DNA of 59,239 nucleotides, filler included, from Porpidia crustulata (taxonomy: Eukaryota): NCBI GenBank assembly GCA_964255105.1. It is 8 parts of 8 records of this genome, joined end to end, with 100 filler letters (N's around TTAATTAATTAA, not from the genome) between each part and the next. Parts side by side here need not be neighbours in the genome. Positions count along the whole stretch, not along the records: positions 29,708 to 37,027 come from CAXUWE010001356.1; positions 37,128 to 44,434 come from CAXUWE010001357.1; positions 44,535 to 51,838 come from CAXUWE010001358.1; 5 more parts are not named here. One strand, given 5' to 3'. Shown here piece after piece: positions 35,934 to 48,274 of the stretch. The notes beneath the pieces were generated by a model that had not been told where the DNA came from, ran no database searches, and was given only the letters and a program-made list of their open reading frames with translations. The position numbers and the translations under genes are program-made. Each line of letters begins with the position of its first letter. Within the stretch, counting starts at the first letter, position 1.

Positions 35934-37027
35934 ATGGGATCCAAAACCAATCCCCCCTCCGCCACCCTCACTAATTTCGAAGCCGTCTTTCCCTCTCTCG
36001 TGGAAGATCTGTCCACGCACTGCAAGCAATATGGGACACCCGATAATGTCCTCACGTGGTACGAAAACGTATGCTCCTCATGTCATCCCCACTCAAGCTC
36101 CCTGGCCAAGTTACTCCCTCGTTCCCAAGCTTCAGCTGATCAAGCCCGACATAGTCCCTCAAACACAACACTGTGGGCGGGAAATGCAACCGCGGCCTCT
36201 CCGTCATCGATACCGCCTCCACCCTTTCCTCCGCACCCCTCTCCGCCCACGACCATCGCCAAACCGCCATCCTCGGCTGGTTCACCGAGCTCCTACAAGC
36301 CTTTTTCCTCGTCTCGGACGACATCATGGACTCATCGGTGACGCGACGTGGCGCGCCATGCTGGTACCGTCTACCAAATGTCGGCACCATCGCCCTCAAT
36401 GACAGCTTCATGCTCGAAACCTCCATCTACGTCCTGCTCAAAACCCACTTCAAAACCCACCCCTCCTACGTCGACCTCCTCGAACTCATGCACGAAACCT
36501 CCTTCCAGACAGAAATCGGGCAACTCTGCGACCTGCTGACCGCGCCCGAACACGACGTCGACCTCACGCGCTTCTCCGCCGCCAAGCACCGCTTCATCGT
36601 CGTGCACAAGACCGCCTACTACAGCTTCTACCTGCCCGTCGCCCTCGCCCTGCACTACCTAAGCCTCGCCACGCCGGGAAACCTGCGCCAGGCCAGTGAC
36701 ATCCTGATCCCGCTGGGCGAATACTTCCAGGTTCAGGACGACTACCTCGACGCGTACGGCGCGTCCGACGTCATCGGCAAAGGCGGCACCGACATCTGCG
36801 ACAACAAGTGCTCGTGGCTGATTGTGCAGGCGCTGGCGCGCGCTAGTCCCGAGCAGCGACTGGTGCTGGACGAGTGCTACGGGCGCAAGGACGAGGAGAA
36901 AGAAGCGAGGGTGAAGCAGGTGTACGCGGAGCTGGAGCTCGAAAAAGTGTATCTGGCTTACGAGGAGAAGCGGGTCGGGGAAATCCGAGAGATGGTTGCG
37001 CACGTGGACGAGTCGGAGGGGTTGAAG
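35934..37027 (+). CDS. ERG20: Farnesyl diphosphate synthase, 3'-truncated; intron about 36069-36154
   Basis: [29 protein letters not shown] (first Asp-rich motif), [39 protein letters not shown]. Confidence 0.96.
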
Positions 37028-37127
37028 NNNNNNNNNNNNNNNNNNNNNNNNNNNNNNNNNNNNNNNNNNNNTTAATTAATTAANNNNNNNNNNNNNNNNN
37101 NNNNNNNNNNNNNNNNNNNNNNNNNNN
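37028..37127. other. Artificial contig spacer
   Basis: 44N-TTAATTAATTAA-44N. Confidence 0.99.
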
Positions 37128-37849
37128 GAAGGGTGGGGGTTAGATAGATAGTGATTTGGTTCCTAGTGCTAAACCGTGCGTGGGATGCCGATGCGGTGGA
37201 GACGCTACGTCTTGTGATGAGCGACTGATGGAAGGATAAGGGGGTGGATTTGCTAGCGAGTTGCTTCGCGGCGTTAATCTGCGTTCCTGCATATCTGTGA
37301 ATACCTAAAGAGTGGAAGCTAGACAAATCCATATGGTATGATACCACAGGACTGCACAAAGTGACAATCTACCAGCATGGCGAGGTAGATGCTCGGCGTT
37401 TCCTGGGAACTCCTATTGACGGGGATCTGAATCGATGTTGTAGGATTATTAGTATCCATTCAAGGTTTTTGGATATCTTTGACCTTGGGCGAGAGTAGGT
37501 AGCGGGATAGAACAGTATTGAGCGAATGAGATATCTGGGAGGGGCTCTGGAAGATGGAGCGCGGTAATATTTTGTCTGCAATGTCTGCTGGGAGTATGAA
37601 GGTCCCAGAGGCCACAGGTGTAAGCGCACGGTACTTTACCGCCCCCATCATTGCCGGGGTGAGCCACGGGGATTCTTCGTTGTACCTTTAGAGCAACATA
37701 TTCCAGTCAAGAATCTTCCGACTTGCAATTCCATCCCGGGGGGAATGATTCCATGCTTGAGCCGAAGTCCTGCTTGAGCTGAAATGCAATTTAGACATCG
37801 TTACGGTGCGCGTGGGTGCTCACAAGTCTACCGCTACACCCTGCATTAT

Positions 37850-39550
37850 CTACCCTGCAAGCTCGCTGAACCTCGACAGAAAGTCGGTTTCAAACGATGT
37901 ATACAGAAGCTCGGGCAAGATTGGCACATCACCAGGCGCTTCAAAAACTTCACAGATGTCCGCTGGGAGTTCACGTACAACGCCAATAGCTTCGAGCTCT
38001 GTTCTCCGAGTGGAGGCGGCCATATGCGGACCATATCCCTTTGCTTCTCGATCAATTTCCTCAGCCGCAAGCTCTTTCTTCGTCCATTGGGCATTGCGAT
38101 CGTGCTCACTTAGGTGACGCTTTTTCTTTCTTGCTCGTAGGTATAATATCAATGCCGCTCCGAGTGCTAGGAACACGATCGGAATCGAGATGCCCACTCC
38201 TATCTTTGCACCGGACGAAAATCTTGGATTCGAAGGCATTTGGGCATTGTGGGGATTTGAAGGTAGGCTTACTGCAGCTTCTTTCGGACATGCCGTAGTA
38301 GTTTTGGTGGGTGCATACTGCGCCAGTGTAATGCTAGAAGGTGAGACCTGTGCCATTTGGCTGGCAACCCGATCGAAATTACTCCCTTTCCCGATTAATG
38401 AATTGTATGAATAAGAATCCACGAGACCTGAAACGTTAGTCTATCACTTTGGTACAGACCTTTTGACTTACCGTAAGTGTGGGGATAACTACTCACGAAT
38501 TGGTAGATGAGAACGCCTGACCACGCTCGAGACATCTCACCAAATAAAGTCGGTATTAGAATATCATCACCCATTAGAGGATATGATGCAATGAATTGTG
38601 GAACAGAATAGCTTGGTTTAGTGCCAATTTCGACGCCTACATATTTTAAGCCCAAGAAATCAACCGTTTCGCTTGTTTCGCCGCAATTGAGGTAGCTTAA
38701 AATGACCTCTGGAGTAGAATTTCCTGTTACTCCTGGCGTGCTAGATATAGTGTGAACATAACCAACAGGGATGTATCGATAGTGCTTATTTTCGATGTAC
38801 GCTTTCATATCACGCACGGCGGCTTTGACATATGGTCCAGATTGGTACGTGCTAACGCCACCAGCAGCATCATCCCCAATGATAAAACCTAACAGATTCG
38901 GATAACGCTGCATTGTGTCAATCACGGAAGCAAAGCGATCGTATAACACCTTGTTCCACACCGGATTGGTAATGCTGATGATAAGTCCAGGTGCTACAAG
39001 GTCGACCAAAACATAGATGCCAGCTTTTCCCAGCTGCGTCATGCACGCCGAGTGATTCTGGGATGGATCAATGCTGTATGTGCGAATAATGTTGGTCTTC
39101 AATTCCATCATGAAAGGTATGTGGCGAGAGCAGAGAACGGCGTCATTTAAAGGATCGTAAGCGGTAAGGTTGTAGTCGGGCGGTATCGCGCCGAGATCTG
39201 ACGGGATATCGCCAGTATCTGTAACATAGGCTTCATTGACACTTAAAATCATCCAAATTAAGGCGGGGATGACGATGAAACTTACGTTGGTAGATCTGGC
39301 CTTTGATAAAACTGCAGCCTTCAAGTCAGCGATTGAGATGCTAGCTGCTTAGACAATTGCACGAACAACTGGCTGCCGTTACTTTGGTAGAAGAATTTGG
39401 AGCCCTTGGACCATGGGCAACTGAAGTGAGTGACTGATCATGATGAAAGGCTTATTAGCGGGGAATTACCTTGATAATGATGGGGTCTATTCCTTGGCTC
39501 CGAAGTGTTAGTGAAAGCATGACCGTCGTCAGTAAGACACGAAAATGCAT
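37850..39550 (-). CDS. GH72 (Gas/Gel)-like type I membrane protein lacking the catalytic Glu residues; introns 39405-39469, 39312-39366, 39231-39285 and 38428-38471
   Basis: Spliced product: MHFRVLL..IDPIIIKGSKFFYQSNGSQFFIKGQIYQ..DPL..C.R.IP....TN.IR.Y.IDP...H..CM..L..AGIYV..DL..YVKAAVRDMKAYI..IPVGY..WSG...Y..YGLV, then a TM helix (GAKIGVGISIPIVFLALGAALILYL-RARKKKR) and a cytoplasmic tail. Confidence 0.88.
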
Positions 39551-40218
39551 GTCATTCTTGCCATACATCCTGTCTAAGCAGTCTAAGAAGTCAATTATAA
39601 CGTAGGACAACGGAAAGTAAACGAAATTGCTGCTCGCTTGAGTCTAAGCCCTTTAAAGGGGCAAGGCAATCTGAGCGGCTAGATTCATGATATAATGCAG
39701 GGAGTCTAATCAAGCTGTGGAATATTGGTTTTTGTGAAATGATTGGCATCATACATGACTTATCACCTCTCAACAAGTTCGGCAGTGAGACGTAGGACAG
39801 CTGTGGCACAGAATCCATTATGCCAATGATTCTAGCTCGCTTGTCACATACTCGCATTGGCAGATGACGATTAATTCTTCGCTTTTGATGGGTTGATCTT
39901 TCTTCCAGAATTTTCTTATGAGATTTTGGAGGAAACCCCCGTAGATAGGCAGGCCGCATTACTCTTTTTCTGTTAGATTTTTAGAAACGAAATCCATCTG
40001 TCTGGCCTGTGTATTCGCCGTGCATTGCGCTGATTTACTCATCAGGTCCTAAGGATTGCAAGACAAACGAGAGTGCACTTCATCATTGTGGTTGTTGTCA
40101 ATGGCTATTGGAAGTGATAGAATTTAGATTCACATGCCCTTGCTGCCTGAGACTCCAGCCGCCGCAGTGCGCTTTGGTACATTCCAAAAATGGCCTCTAC
40201 GGCATGAAAATGCACTCG

Positions 40219-42003
40219 CTATGCAGACACCGCCTCCGAAGGCGCAGCAGTATTCCCGTTGATACCAGACCCGTCTCCATTTAACCCTGTAGTCTCATGG
40301 GCCGCTGTGCTGGCCGGTTCAATTCCAGCATTGCGGCTTTCATGGGCAGCTTCTGTATTTGGAGAGTGTATTGTCTCCGGAGCATTTTGAGTAGTGTTTA
40401 GGCTGCTTTCTCCATCCTCGAGCGCGCCATGCTCAACGGCCCCTCCCTTGGTCTCCCTGTGGGGTTTAGCCAAGACTGTCTTCTTTGGCGGCGTTTTTGC
40501 TTCAATCTTTTCGTGACTTTTACTGGCTGAACTCTGGGTAGGACGCATCATCCGCGCCAAGAACCCACCACCTGCCGATTTTGAGCTCGTAGTGCTATCG
40601 CGTGGCTTCGAATTAGGTGGCGCAGTCGATGGGACCGGCAATGATGCGCGCGATGGTCTCGGACGGGGCTGCGATGTCGTAGCTGGGGTACGGTCTTTGT
40701 TGAGCATTGAAGATTTATTAGTAGTTGCGTGAGAAGTACGACTTGAAGGACGGGCTGGCGCTGCACCACCAGTTCTTGCTACTGAAGCGGCTGTGGGCGC
40801 AGTAAGAGAAGCTCGAAGGCGCGCCGGGCGTGTAGGTGACTTTGGGTGCACTGTTGTGGATGGAGAAGTAAGTCCTGTCTGCTTCGTGGGGCTGGTATTT
40901 GTTATGGCGGAAGGCTGGATTGGTTTCGAATTAATTGCAATATGCGCCTTAGTTACCGCGGAAGACCGACCAGGTTTCTCAATGGAAGATTTGGTCGTGG
41001 GCTTCACTGAAGCTTTTTGATTTGGTGAGCTTGTCTTCGCTATCGGCTGTTTCGTTGTTGTTGACGGTTTTATCGCTGGCTGTTTCGTTGAAAGTCCTTC
41101 GTCTTTAGGTGTTTTTGGTGTTTTCGAGGACTTGCTTGTGCTACTTATAGGTGCTACCGCCGAAGATGAGGGAGCCTTCAGATTTTCTTCTGTTGTTATG
41201 ATTGGCGAAATGTGGGTGGACTGTGCGTTTGTGTTTCCTACAGATCTTGTATTCGCCGTACTCATATTGTTCGAAAGGCCGCCTTTTGGCTTCAGGTCCG
41301 TTGGAAGGGTGCTTGATTGTAGTTGGTGTTCGTCAGGGTTCACGATCTCGGGTGTTTTTGAAGGTTCAGACATTGAGATCTCGGGCTTTAGACTGGTCTC
41401 TTGTTCGAATGCATGACCCTTTAACAGATCGCCAAGACTTGTGCGTCGTTCCAGAACAGAACCCTTCTTAGTCAGAGCTTGATCATCTGGCTTGTCTGTT
41501 GAGGGGAGAGCAGCGGTTCCATCCTCGACGTGAGCGACGACCTTGTCCAAATCTATATCTGCCGGATTTCCACTTCCGGGTACATCTGAATTGCTAGGGT
41601 GTATGTGATTCAGCGCCTCCGCAGCGCCTGCACCATTCCCTTCCGTCTCCATGAGTGAAGAATCCGTTGCATCTTTAGGTACACGGGGCGAAACGCCGTT
41701 ACCATTTGCCGTTGTCTTCTCCATCCCTTTGCCGTTCATACTGAGATCAGGATCCAGTTGTCCGTCTCCACCAGTTTTCCCCTCAAAATTGCTGCTTGAT
41801 TTCTTCAGCGAAGAAGCCATTTGGCCACTCCTCTCCACAGAGACGAAGCTTGTCCGCACCTTCGAGAATGGCCGCGAGTCGGTGCTTGTTACACTCTCCG
41901 AGCCAGCTGGAGATCGTCCACGGGATGGTGGTGATACGTGCTGGCTGTTCTCTTCAAATTTCCCCAGCAGTTCACGGACACTATTGGCTGATCGGCCGGA
42001 CAT
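40219..42003 (-). CDS. Low-complexity Ser/Thr/Pro/Lys-rich protein
   Basis: Long ORF of about 594 aa from MSGRSANSVRELLGKFE, with conserved-looking islands SPPSRGRSP, RPFSKVRTSFVSVE, SLTAPTAAS and FLARMMRPTQSSASK. Confidence 0.8.
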   Translation of the reverse strand: MSGRSANSVRELLGKFEENSQHVSPPSRGRSPAGSESVTSTDSRPFSKVRTSFVSVERSGQMASSLKKSSSNFEGKTGGDGQLDPDLSMNGKGMEKTTANGNGVSPRVPKDATDSSLMETEGNGAGAAEALNHIHPSNSDVPGSGNPADIDLDKVVAHVEDGTAALPSTDKPDDQALTKKGSVLERRTSLGDLLKGHAFEQETSLKPEISMSEPSKTPEIVNPDEHQLQSSTLPTDLKPKGGLSNNMSTANTRSVGNTNAQSTHISPIITTEENLKAPSSSAVAPISSTSKSSKTPKTPKDEGLSTKQPAIKPSTTTKQPIAKTSSPNQKASVKPTTKSSIEKPGRSSAVTKAHIAINSKPIQPSAITNTSPTKQTGLTSPSTTVHPKSPTRPARLRASLTAPTAASVARTGGAAPARPSSRTSHATTNKSSMLNKDRTPATTSQPRPRPSRASLPVPSTAPPNSKPRDSTTSSKSAGGGFLARMMRPTQSSASKSHEKIEAKTPPKKTVLAKPHRETKGGAVEHGALEDGESSLNTTQNAPETIHSPNTEAAHESRNAGIEPASTAAHETTGLNGDGSGINGNTAAPSEAVSA

Positions 42004-42942
42004 GTCTGTAGGTGAGGACAATTGTTAGCGAGACCGATACTTTCTGTGGCGTGATACATGCTCTGACTGTTGTGAACTGTATGAAAACATTGTGTTGCTA
42101 GAGATCTGTAAATACAGGCTTGAAACCAAGCGAACCGCATCAGTCGCGCCGCTTGTGGTTTTATGGATGTTTCAAAGTGATAAAACCAGACTCACAATCA
42201 TTCGGCGTGATGCCTAGTGAGCGGTAGGAGTATTGAGAAGTAGACAAGTCTACTGATCAGAGGAAATGCCAAAAGGCGTAGGAGACAAATGTTTTGAGCA
42301 CTGCGTAACTTAGAAAGGAGTGTAATTTATAATTAAATTACATGGTGTATTTTAGGAGATTTGTTTTTTATTCTCCCTAATAATCTTTCTCCACTTGGCC
42401 AATAGATCATCACCACGACATTCCCTTCGTTAACAGCATTGCCTACCTACCTTACCTGGTTCAATGTCAGGCATCACTTGCACCTCCTTCTTCAAGAGCC
42501 GAAGCGACTTGGTGACATCGAGCGCCGGGCCACAATCACGACTGCCAATAATTCCTGAAGCTGCTAAAGCGGTGGTCCCTCCTCCATGATTAAGACAAAC
42601 CTGGAAGAGGGGTCCACTTCTTCTCACACAGCGCTGCATGGCATATACAAAAATGCACGGTTACAACTTAGGAGTCTCAAATCAGAACCTGGGTTTAACT
42701 CAGACCCCTCCTAAACTCTCTCCTTCCCGTCTAGCCTTTCGGCGTTAACCAATATCAATTGATCCATTTTTATCATCTCCCTGAGGATGTCTCATCACAT
42801 GTCCAATGATGAACATTTTACGGGACGTGAGAATTCAATTGGTCAATTCGCTCTGCGAAAAATCCTCTTGTATGGACTAGCGACAATTCCTGACTTCAAG
42901 TCGAATACGAGTCTTCGATATGTCTATTAAATGAAACTACCT

Positions 42943-43038
42943 TACTCGTTCCCACCCCTCACCGGTCCGTCATACCTAGGGTTAGGGTTAATCGACTAGT
43001 CTTGATCGGGGCAGACCGTTGAGGAGTGGGAACGAGTA
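42943..43038. mobile_element. 96-bp MITE-like inverted-repeat element with a telomeric-repeat core
   Basis: 25-bp arms 42943-42967 and 43014-43038 (23/25 complementary), TA at both outer ends, and TAGGGTTAGGGTTA inside. Confidence 0.6.
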
Positions 43039-43575
43039 GGCAGCCAGCCATTGAATCTATCGAGCGAATAAACTTGATTCTCTGCATCTCTTGCCTGCCA
43101 GCCTTACTAGCTGCACTAATCTACAATTGAGGCTGGCTCTCTTTCAGGTGATACAATTTAAACCCCCCCATGGCTCATAGATCGTGGTTGTAGTATTTCT
43201 GATACCTCATAATTAAAGCACTCGGAGCTTGCTTTATAGATAACAGAGGGACTACTACGTCTACGAGACAAGTGAGACACTCTCGGACGCAAAGCCGATT
43301 GGTTGTTCTCAGAGCCCCTGGCAATGCAATGTATGTAAGCGTAGTTTGAACATCAACAATCAACATCACGCGGAGATACGTGTAGGGCTGAAATTGATGC
43401 GCTTGTCCACAGGGCGGAGATTGACGATTCCTAAGGTAGTTAGTTACCTACCACCTACCTACCTAGGTAAGGTATCGATCCGGGATTTGGTTGCAACTCA
43501 GTATTGCTTCTCCCTGCTACACCAACCTAGCACCTGTGAAAGTCACTTTACTCTGATATACCATAGAGCGGTAGA

Positions 43576-44434
43576 ATGTCTGTTCCTAACGGCGAGGAGC
43601 GCCTTTTGGTACTGTACGGACTTGTTCCTAGCCCTAATATAGGTGCCAAAGCTAACAACCAGATCTATACAGCTATGCGGATGTGCATTACTACTTTAGT
43701 GCGCCCTCACCAAGACCGCTCTCTCATAGATTCGACAAAGGATCTTACCTCTACTTATACCGGAACTGTAATGGTGATGGAGGCAGATTGGAAATAGCTA
43801 ATAATGTTGGGAAGCCGGAACTAGATGCTTTTACCGGCAGTGAGTATCAAGGCCTTATGGCCGGGAGCGTCATCAAGCTGATGCCCGCCTGCGTGTAGCT
43901 CTGGAGACACCGACAATACGGCAATCTCATAAGCAGCCAAACTTATGTACTGTAACGGTAGACGGTTACCAGACTCCTCAAGCAGCTACTTCGCTCCCTC
44001 CCAAACATCCAGAGCTTCATTGGCGATTGCCCAACACCGACCCCCGAAACGAGGGTAAATATCTGTTTCGCCTTCACACCCTTGATATATATTTTTGGAC
44101 CGCAGACGACGCGCATTCATTCATCAGCGCGATAAGGAGAATCATTCATCCACAGCAGCTTCAGATTGTAGACGTACCTCCAACTCCAGCAGCCCATGAA
44201 CAGGTCATGAGCCCCGTGGTTCAGCAACTTGAAACCATAGCAATTCAGGATCCGGCCTACCATAATGGACAAACTCGGAATTCTCGAACTGCCTTGGTCT
44301 CGCCTTCGCCTCTCTCCTCCTTGAGCGGACATTCCGGAGCTACTGGAGATGTTGTGCCAAAAGGGGAGACTTCAACCGCTTTCAAACCGCTTGCCTACAA
44401 TCCTGCCGCACCCCCAGCTCCAGAACCTATAAAA
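43576..44434 (+). CDS. Fungal hypothetical protein, 3'-truncated; introns about 43614-43672 and 43840-43898
   Basis: Splicing gives a continuous frame: YADVHYYFSAP..HRFDKGSYLYLY..LEIANN.G.PE.DAF.G..WRLP..DPRNEGKY..RLHTLDIYFWT..MSPVVQQLE..AYNPAAPPAPEPIK. Confidence 0.8.
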
Positions 44435-44534
44435 NNNNNNNNNNNNNNNNNNNNNNNNNNNNNNNNNNNNNNNNNNNNTTAATTAATTAANNNNNNNNNN
44501 NNNNNNNNNNNNNNNNNNNNNNNNNNNNNNNNNN
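44435..44534. other. Artificial contig spacer
   Basis: 44N-TTAATTAATTAA-44N. Confidence 0.99.
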
Positions 44535-47500
44535 GCACATGCACCAGCTCATCCAGCACCGAGAACGCCAGATGCACATTCAACCGCTGATTATTCACCG
44601 TCGCAAAGATCCTCCGGCTCGCCGCCTGCGCGTTCTGCCTGCCCACGACATTACCCGCGAGGTCCGGGATCAGCGTCGCCAGCATCACGCTGGCCTCCCT
44701 TTTGCTGTTAGCTTTCTGGGCGTCGGTCCTGGGTGCGGGTTCCCTTCTGGGGCCTCCGTTGGGCCAGATGGATTCTTTCAGCAGATCGATGTACTTGAGG
44801 ACGGAATCCTCGGCGAAGAGGGAGCGGGCGGTGTCTCGGACGCGGCGTTCGACGGTGCCGCCGAGGAGTTGGTGCAGGACGACGACGACGGCGCGGCCGC
44901 GGAGCCAGTTGTTGCCCCGGTTGAGCTCGAAGGTTTCGAGGAAGATGTCGCAGATGGGTTTGACAAAGGGTTCGAGGTCACGGTTTTCGAACGCGAGGAG
45001 CTCCGCCTGGGCTTCGGGGGTGTTGAAAGAGGGGTCTTCGGTTGCGACTATGGTGGCACTGGAAGTTCCAGCTGGAGGTAAGGTGTTGAATTGGGACGTT
45101 GCAGCTGAGATGAGATTCTGGCCGGCGATAGAGAGTTGGTCGAGGACGGGAACATTACCGAGGAATTCGTCCATACCGTCTGTGACGGAATTGTAGATGC
45201 GCGAAATGATGTCACGACGCTCGCCATCACGGCCAGGGTCCTTGTGGGTGGAGACGATCGCTTGTTGGGAGAGGAAGGCGCGGAGGTCTCTACTACGGCA
45301 GACGGCCGGGAGGCGGAGCAGTTCGCGCAGGTAATTTTCTAGGGCTATGCGACGGCGATGTAGGAACTCACGTTGAAGCTTCATGACGAGGCGTCGGCTG
45401 GGAAATTCCAGATGTCGAATAGCTGGATAGACTCTCCGGAGGCGTTGATGCAGATCGTGGAATTCGCTGTATCGGCGAGCTATTGCCCAGGACGCCGCAG
45501 ACATGTGCTCGCCGGCCTTGCGTTGTACCTCGATGACATACAAAGCAAACTCTTGTCCGTCTTCCTCTTTGCCCACCATGATAGACTTGATTTCTACGTT
45601 TGCTCGGCCGTAAAGACTATTGTCGCTTTCTTGGACAATGTACTGCTGTCTTTGCAATTCTTTCCGACGTATCTCCCTCTGCAGACTCGATTTTGATTTG
45701 CCTAATATGCGGAGCTCGGCGACGTTGTTAGTAAGCTCAGCTTTTCGTGTCAGAGTATCAACGACTGCCTCCTGTGAAACCAATCTTTCAATATCTGTGG
45801 TCAAAACTGTAATAGCTTCTGCTAGTCCAAGATCTCCAGGTGCAGCTTGGTGGATCTCCTCGTCAGGTATGTTCTCCTCTACGAAATCTTCGGAATCGGG
45901 GTGCTCATCCTCAAGAAACTTCTCTTCATCACCGAAAAGGTCATTGTCCGTAAACACTCCAATACGAGACGAGGTGTTTACCAGTCCCAGCGAGGCCAGG
46001 TTAGGTCGTCCTCTCGGCTTCTCGTTGAAATTAGACTCAACCCTGAAGAATTCGCCTGAGCTACGCGCAGAGTCAGTTTCTTTCCTGGAGAAAGAAGAAG
46101 CTTCTGATGGTTCGAAAAGAGATGTTTTTGCATCGTCAATCTTGGGATCATCGGTCATAATACCATTCAAAGCTAACTCCATAGCTTGGACCATTTGTTC
46201 TTGATTGCCATCTCCCCCATTATCATTCAGAGAATCATTGTCTAAACTCTGGACCGAATTCGCAAGTCTGTCTGTATCAATGTCATCATCGAACAGAGGC
46301 CCAGATGTGTTGATATCGAGAGAGCGACGAGGCGGATGGGGAGGTTCCTCTACCGAAGCTGTCGTTGCCCTCAAGTCATAACTCGAGGACGCATTCCTCC
46401 GAAGCTCAGCACCACTCGAGTGCACACGTTTGGCCACAAGTGATATTGGAGGAGGCAATTTTCCTGGAGATTCAGGGATAGATGCTACCGATGGAGTGTT
46501 GTGAGCTCGAGCTGGGATTGTGTTTACCAACGTTGCCGATGCATCATCAGATGAAAGGTATTTGTAGTAAAGATCCGATCGCTTGAATTTGGGATAGTAT
46601 ATATCTTCCATTTCTTTGAGTACAGCTGATTGCGCCTTCATCACAGCAGCACGAGCTCGAAGGTACTGAGCCATAGTGGCGCTGCGCCCTGCTCTCATGA
46701 AGCTTCGGACAGCGTCTCGAGATTCTTCAGGAACTCTCATTTCAGGCTTTGAAAGATAAGCGTCATTGATTTGTGCAAGATCTGACCGATCGGAATCGGT
46801 CCATTGTGGACGTGGCCCGGAGAAGCTCTCTTCCTCCAGCGCTCCATCTTCTAATGGATCACGAAATCCATCCACAACAATCCAGAATTGGACTAGATTC
46901 ATGACTCGTTGGCGATCCATATATTCCATGAAATACGACAGCCCGGAGGCATCATGTAGAACCTCTGTCAATTTAGCATCCGCTATTCTTGAGCTATATT
47001 GACTATCCTTGGCATTGGATCGGGTATTTCGCGAGTTGTACGTGCCACCTATAGCGCTGAGTTTGCCAACGCGCTGGTCAAGCAAGTGCTTTCCTGTCTC
47101 AAGGCGTCGTAAGTACAGTTGATCTTGTCCTTCTACCATCGATTCACGCTTTAATTGACTCGCCACCTCGCTCCGAAATCTTCGAGCCTCTGGAAGATTA
47201 TTGCACTGCCGGATGGCCCTGATAAAGCGCTCAAATCTGCGCTCGTCGTCACTAGGCGACAGTCTCGGGAAACTGTGTGGCTTCGGCATTTTGGGAGCTG
47301 GGGAGGCATGCTGATCTAGCGCTGCGCGGAGTTTACGGACACTCTTGCGATCTTGCAGCATCGTACGGCCCTACGGATGTTAGTGTTAGCATCGAGAGGG
47401 ACCTGATGAGACTCACATATGCTTCCATCAGTTGATTCCACGTATCTGGGTCTGATAACATCTGCATTAAAGGCGCCAGAACCGCGCAGGATACGATTTC

Positions 47501-48274
47501 TTTGATCAACACGGAGACTGCTCGGCTCCCAATCATGTTCTCAGGAAGTACCTCTGGCAATAGCCTCACGACGATCTTGCGTAGGTAGTCTTGCTGCACA
47601 AGCTTTGTGTCGGAATAAGCCAATGAAACTGCTGAATGAAGCTTGCCATCTCGATATTTCCCAGCTATTGCGAGGTCTAGGTCTTCGGACTCTGTGACAT
47701 TCCGGTTCAGGTGCTTCCCTCGTATTGCCCTTTCCGCATCATAGAATTCTTTAAGATGGCGTGTGACGATTGGGACAATGCGTGATACCGCGACCTCCAC
47801 AATGTCAACACCAAATATTCTATCTTGAATACTGATTAAAGTTGTTCGAATGGCACGATCAACTTCATTGACGAAATTAGGACTTGTGGTAATGTTGCGG
47901 TACCACGCTGTAATAAAATTTTTAAGTAGCCAGTTTAGGAGGCCGTCAAGACTGTCTGATATGACAAAGGACGAAGGATAGAGGGGAGTCTTCTTGTAGA
48001 CTGCTCTGTCGGAAAGCCATTGGGTTTCCTCCTTCCATGCCTTTGGTGCCACAAAGGCTACGGTCCTGGGGCGTCTGATAGGCCGCTGCACCTTGTCTTG
48101 CTTCTGTCTTGAGCTCAGCAGTACGATAGATACACCAGCAAGAAACGCGATCGTAAGACCTGCGACAAAGGCATATCCAATGTATCGTAGAACTGGAGTC
48201 CAGCTGGTGAGAAAACCCCAAGCAACGAAAGCCAAAATTGCTGCTATGGCTACATCGCGGGCTTTCAGGGCCAT
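44535..48274 (-). CDS. MDM1: Sorting nexin Mdm1 (TM-PXA-RGS-PX-PXC), 3'-truncated; intron 47371-47416
   Basis: Two N-terminal TMs, PXA (FITAWY..I, LSDPD..NQ), RGS (GLSYFMEYMDR..VQFW), PX (RRYSEFH.LH, RR..LE.YL), and PXC (NWLRGRAVV, IWPNG). Confidence 0.93.

Noticed and set aside
35934..39550. ERG20 next to the GH72-like gene as a possible terpene or cell-wall cluster
   Set aside because: The genes lie on different contigs separated by an artificial spacer.
43430..43475. TAGGTA/TACCTA-rich quasi-palindromic tract
   Set aside because: Common low-complexity intergenic motif in filamentous fungi, with no distinctive structure.
44539..46204. Long plus-strand ORFs antisense to MDM1 (similar ones lie opposite ERG20, CDC23 and OSH3)
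   Set aside because: Shadow ORFs expected from GC-rich codon usage on the true coding strand.
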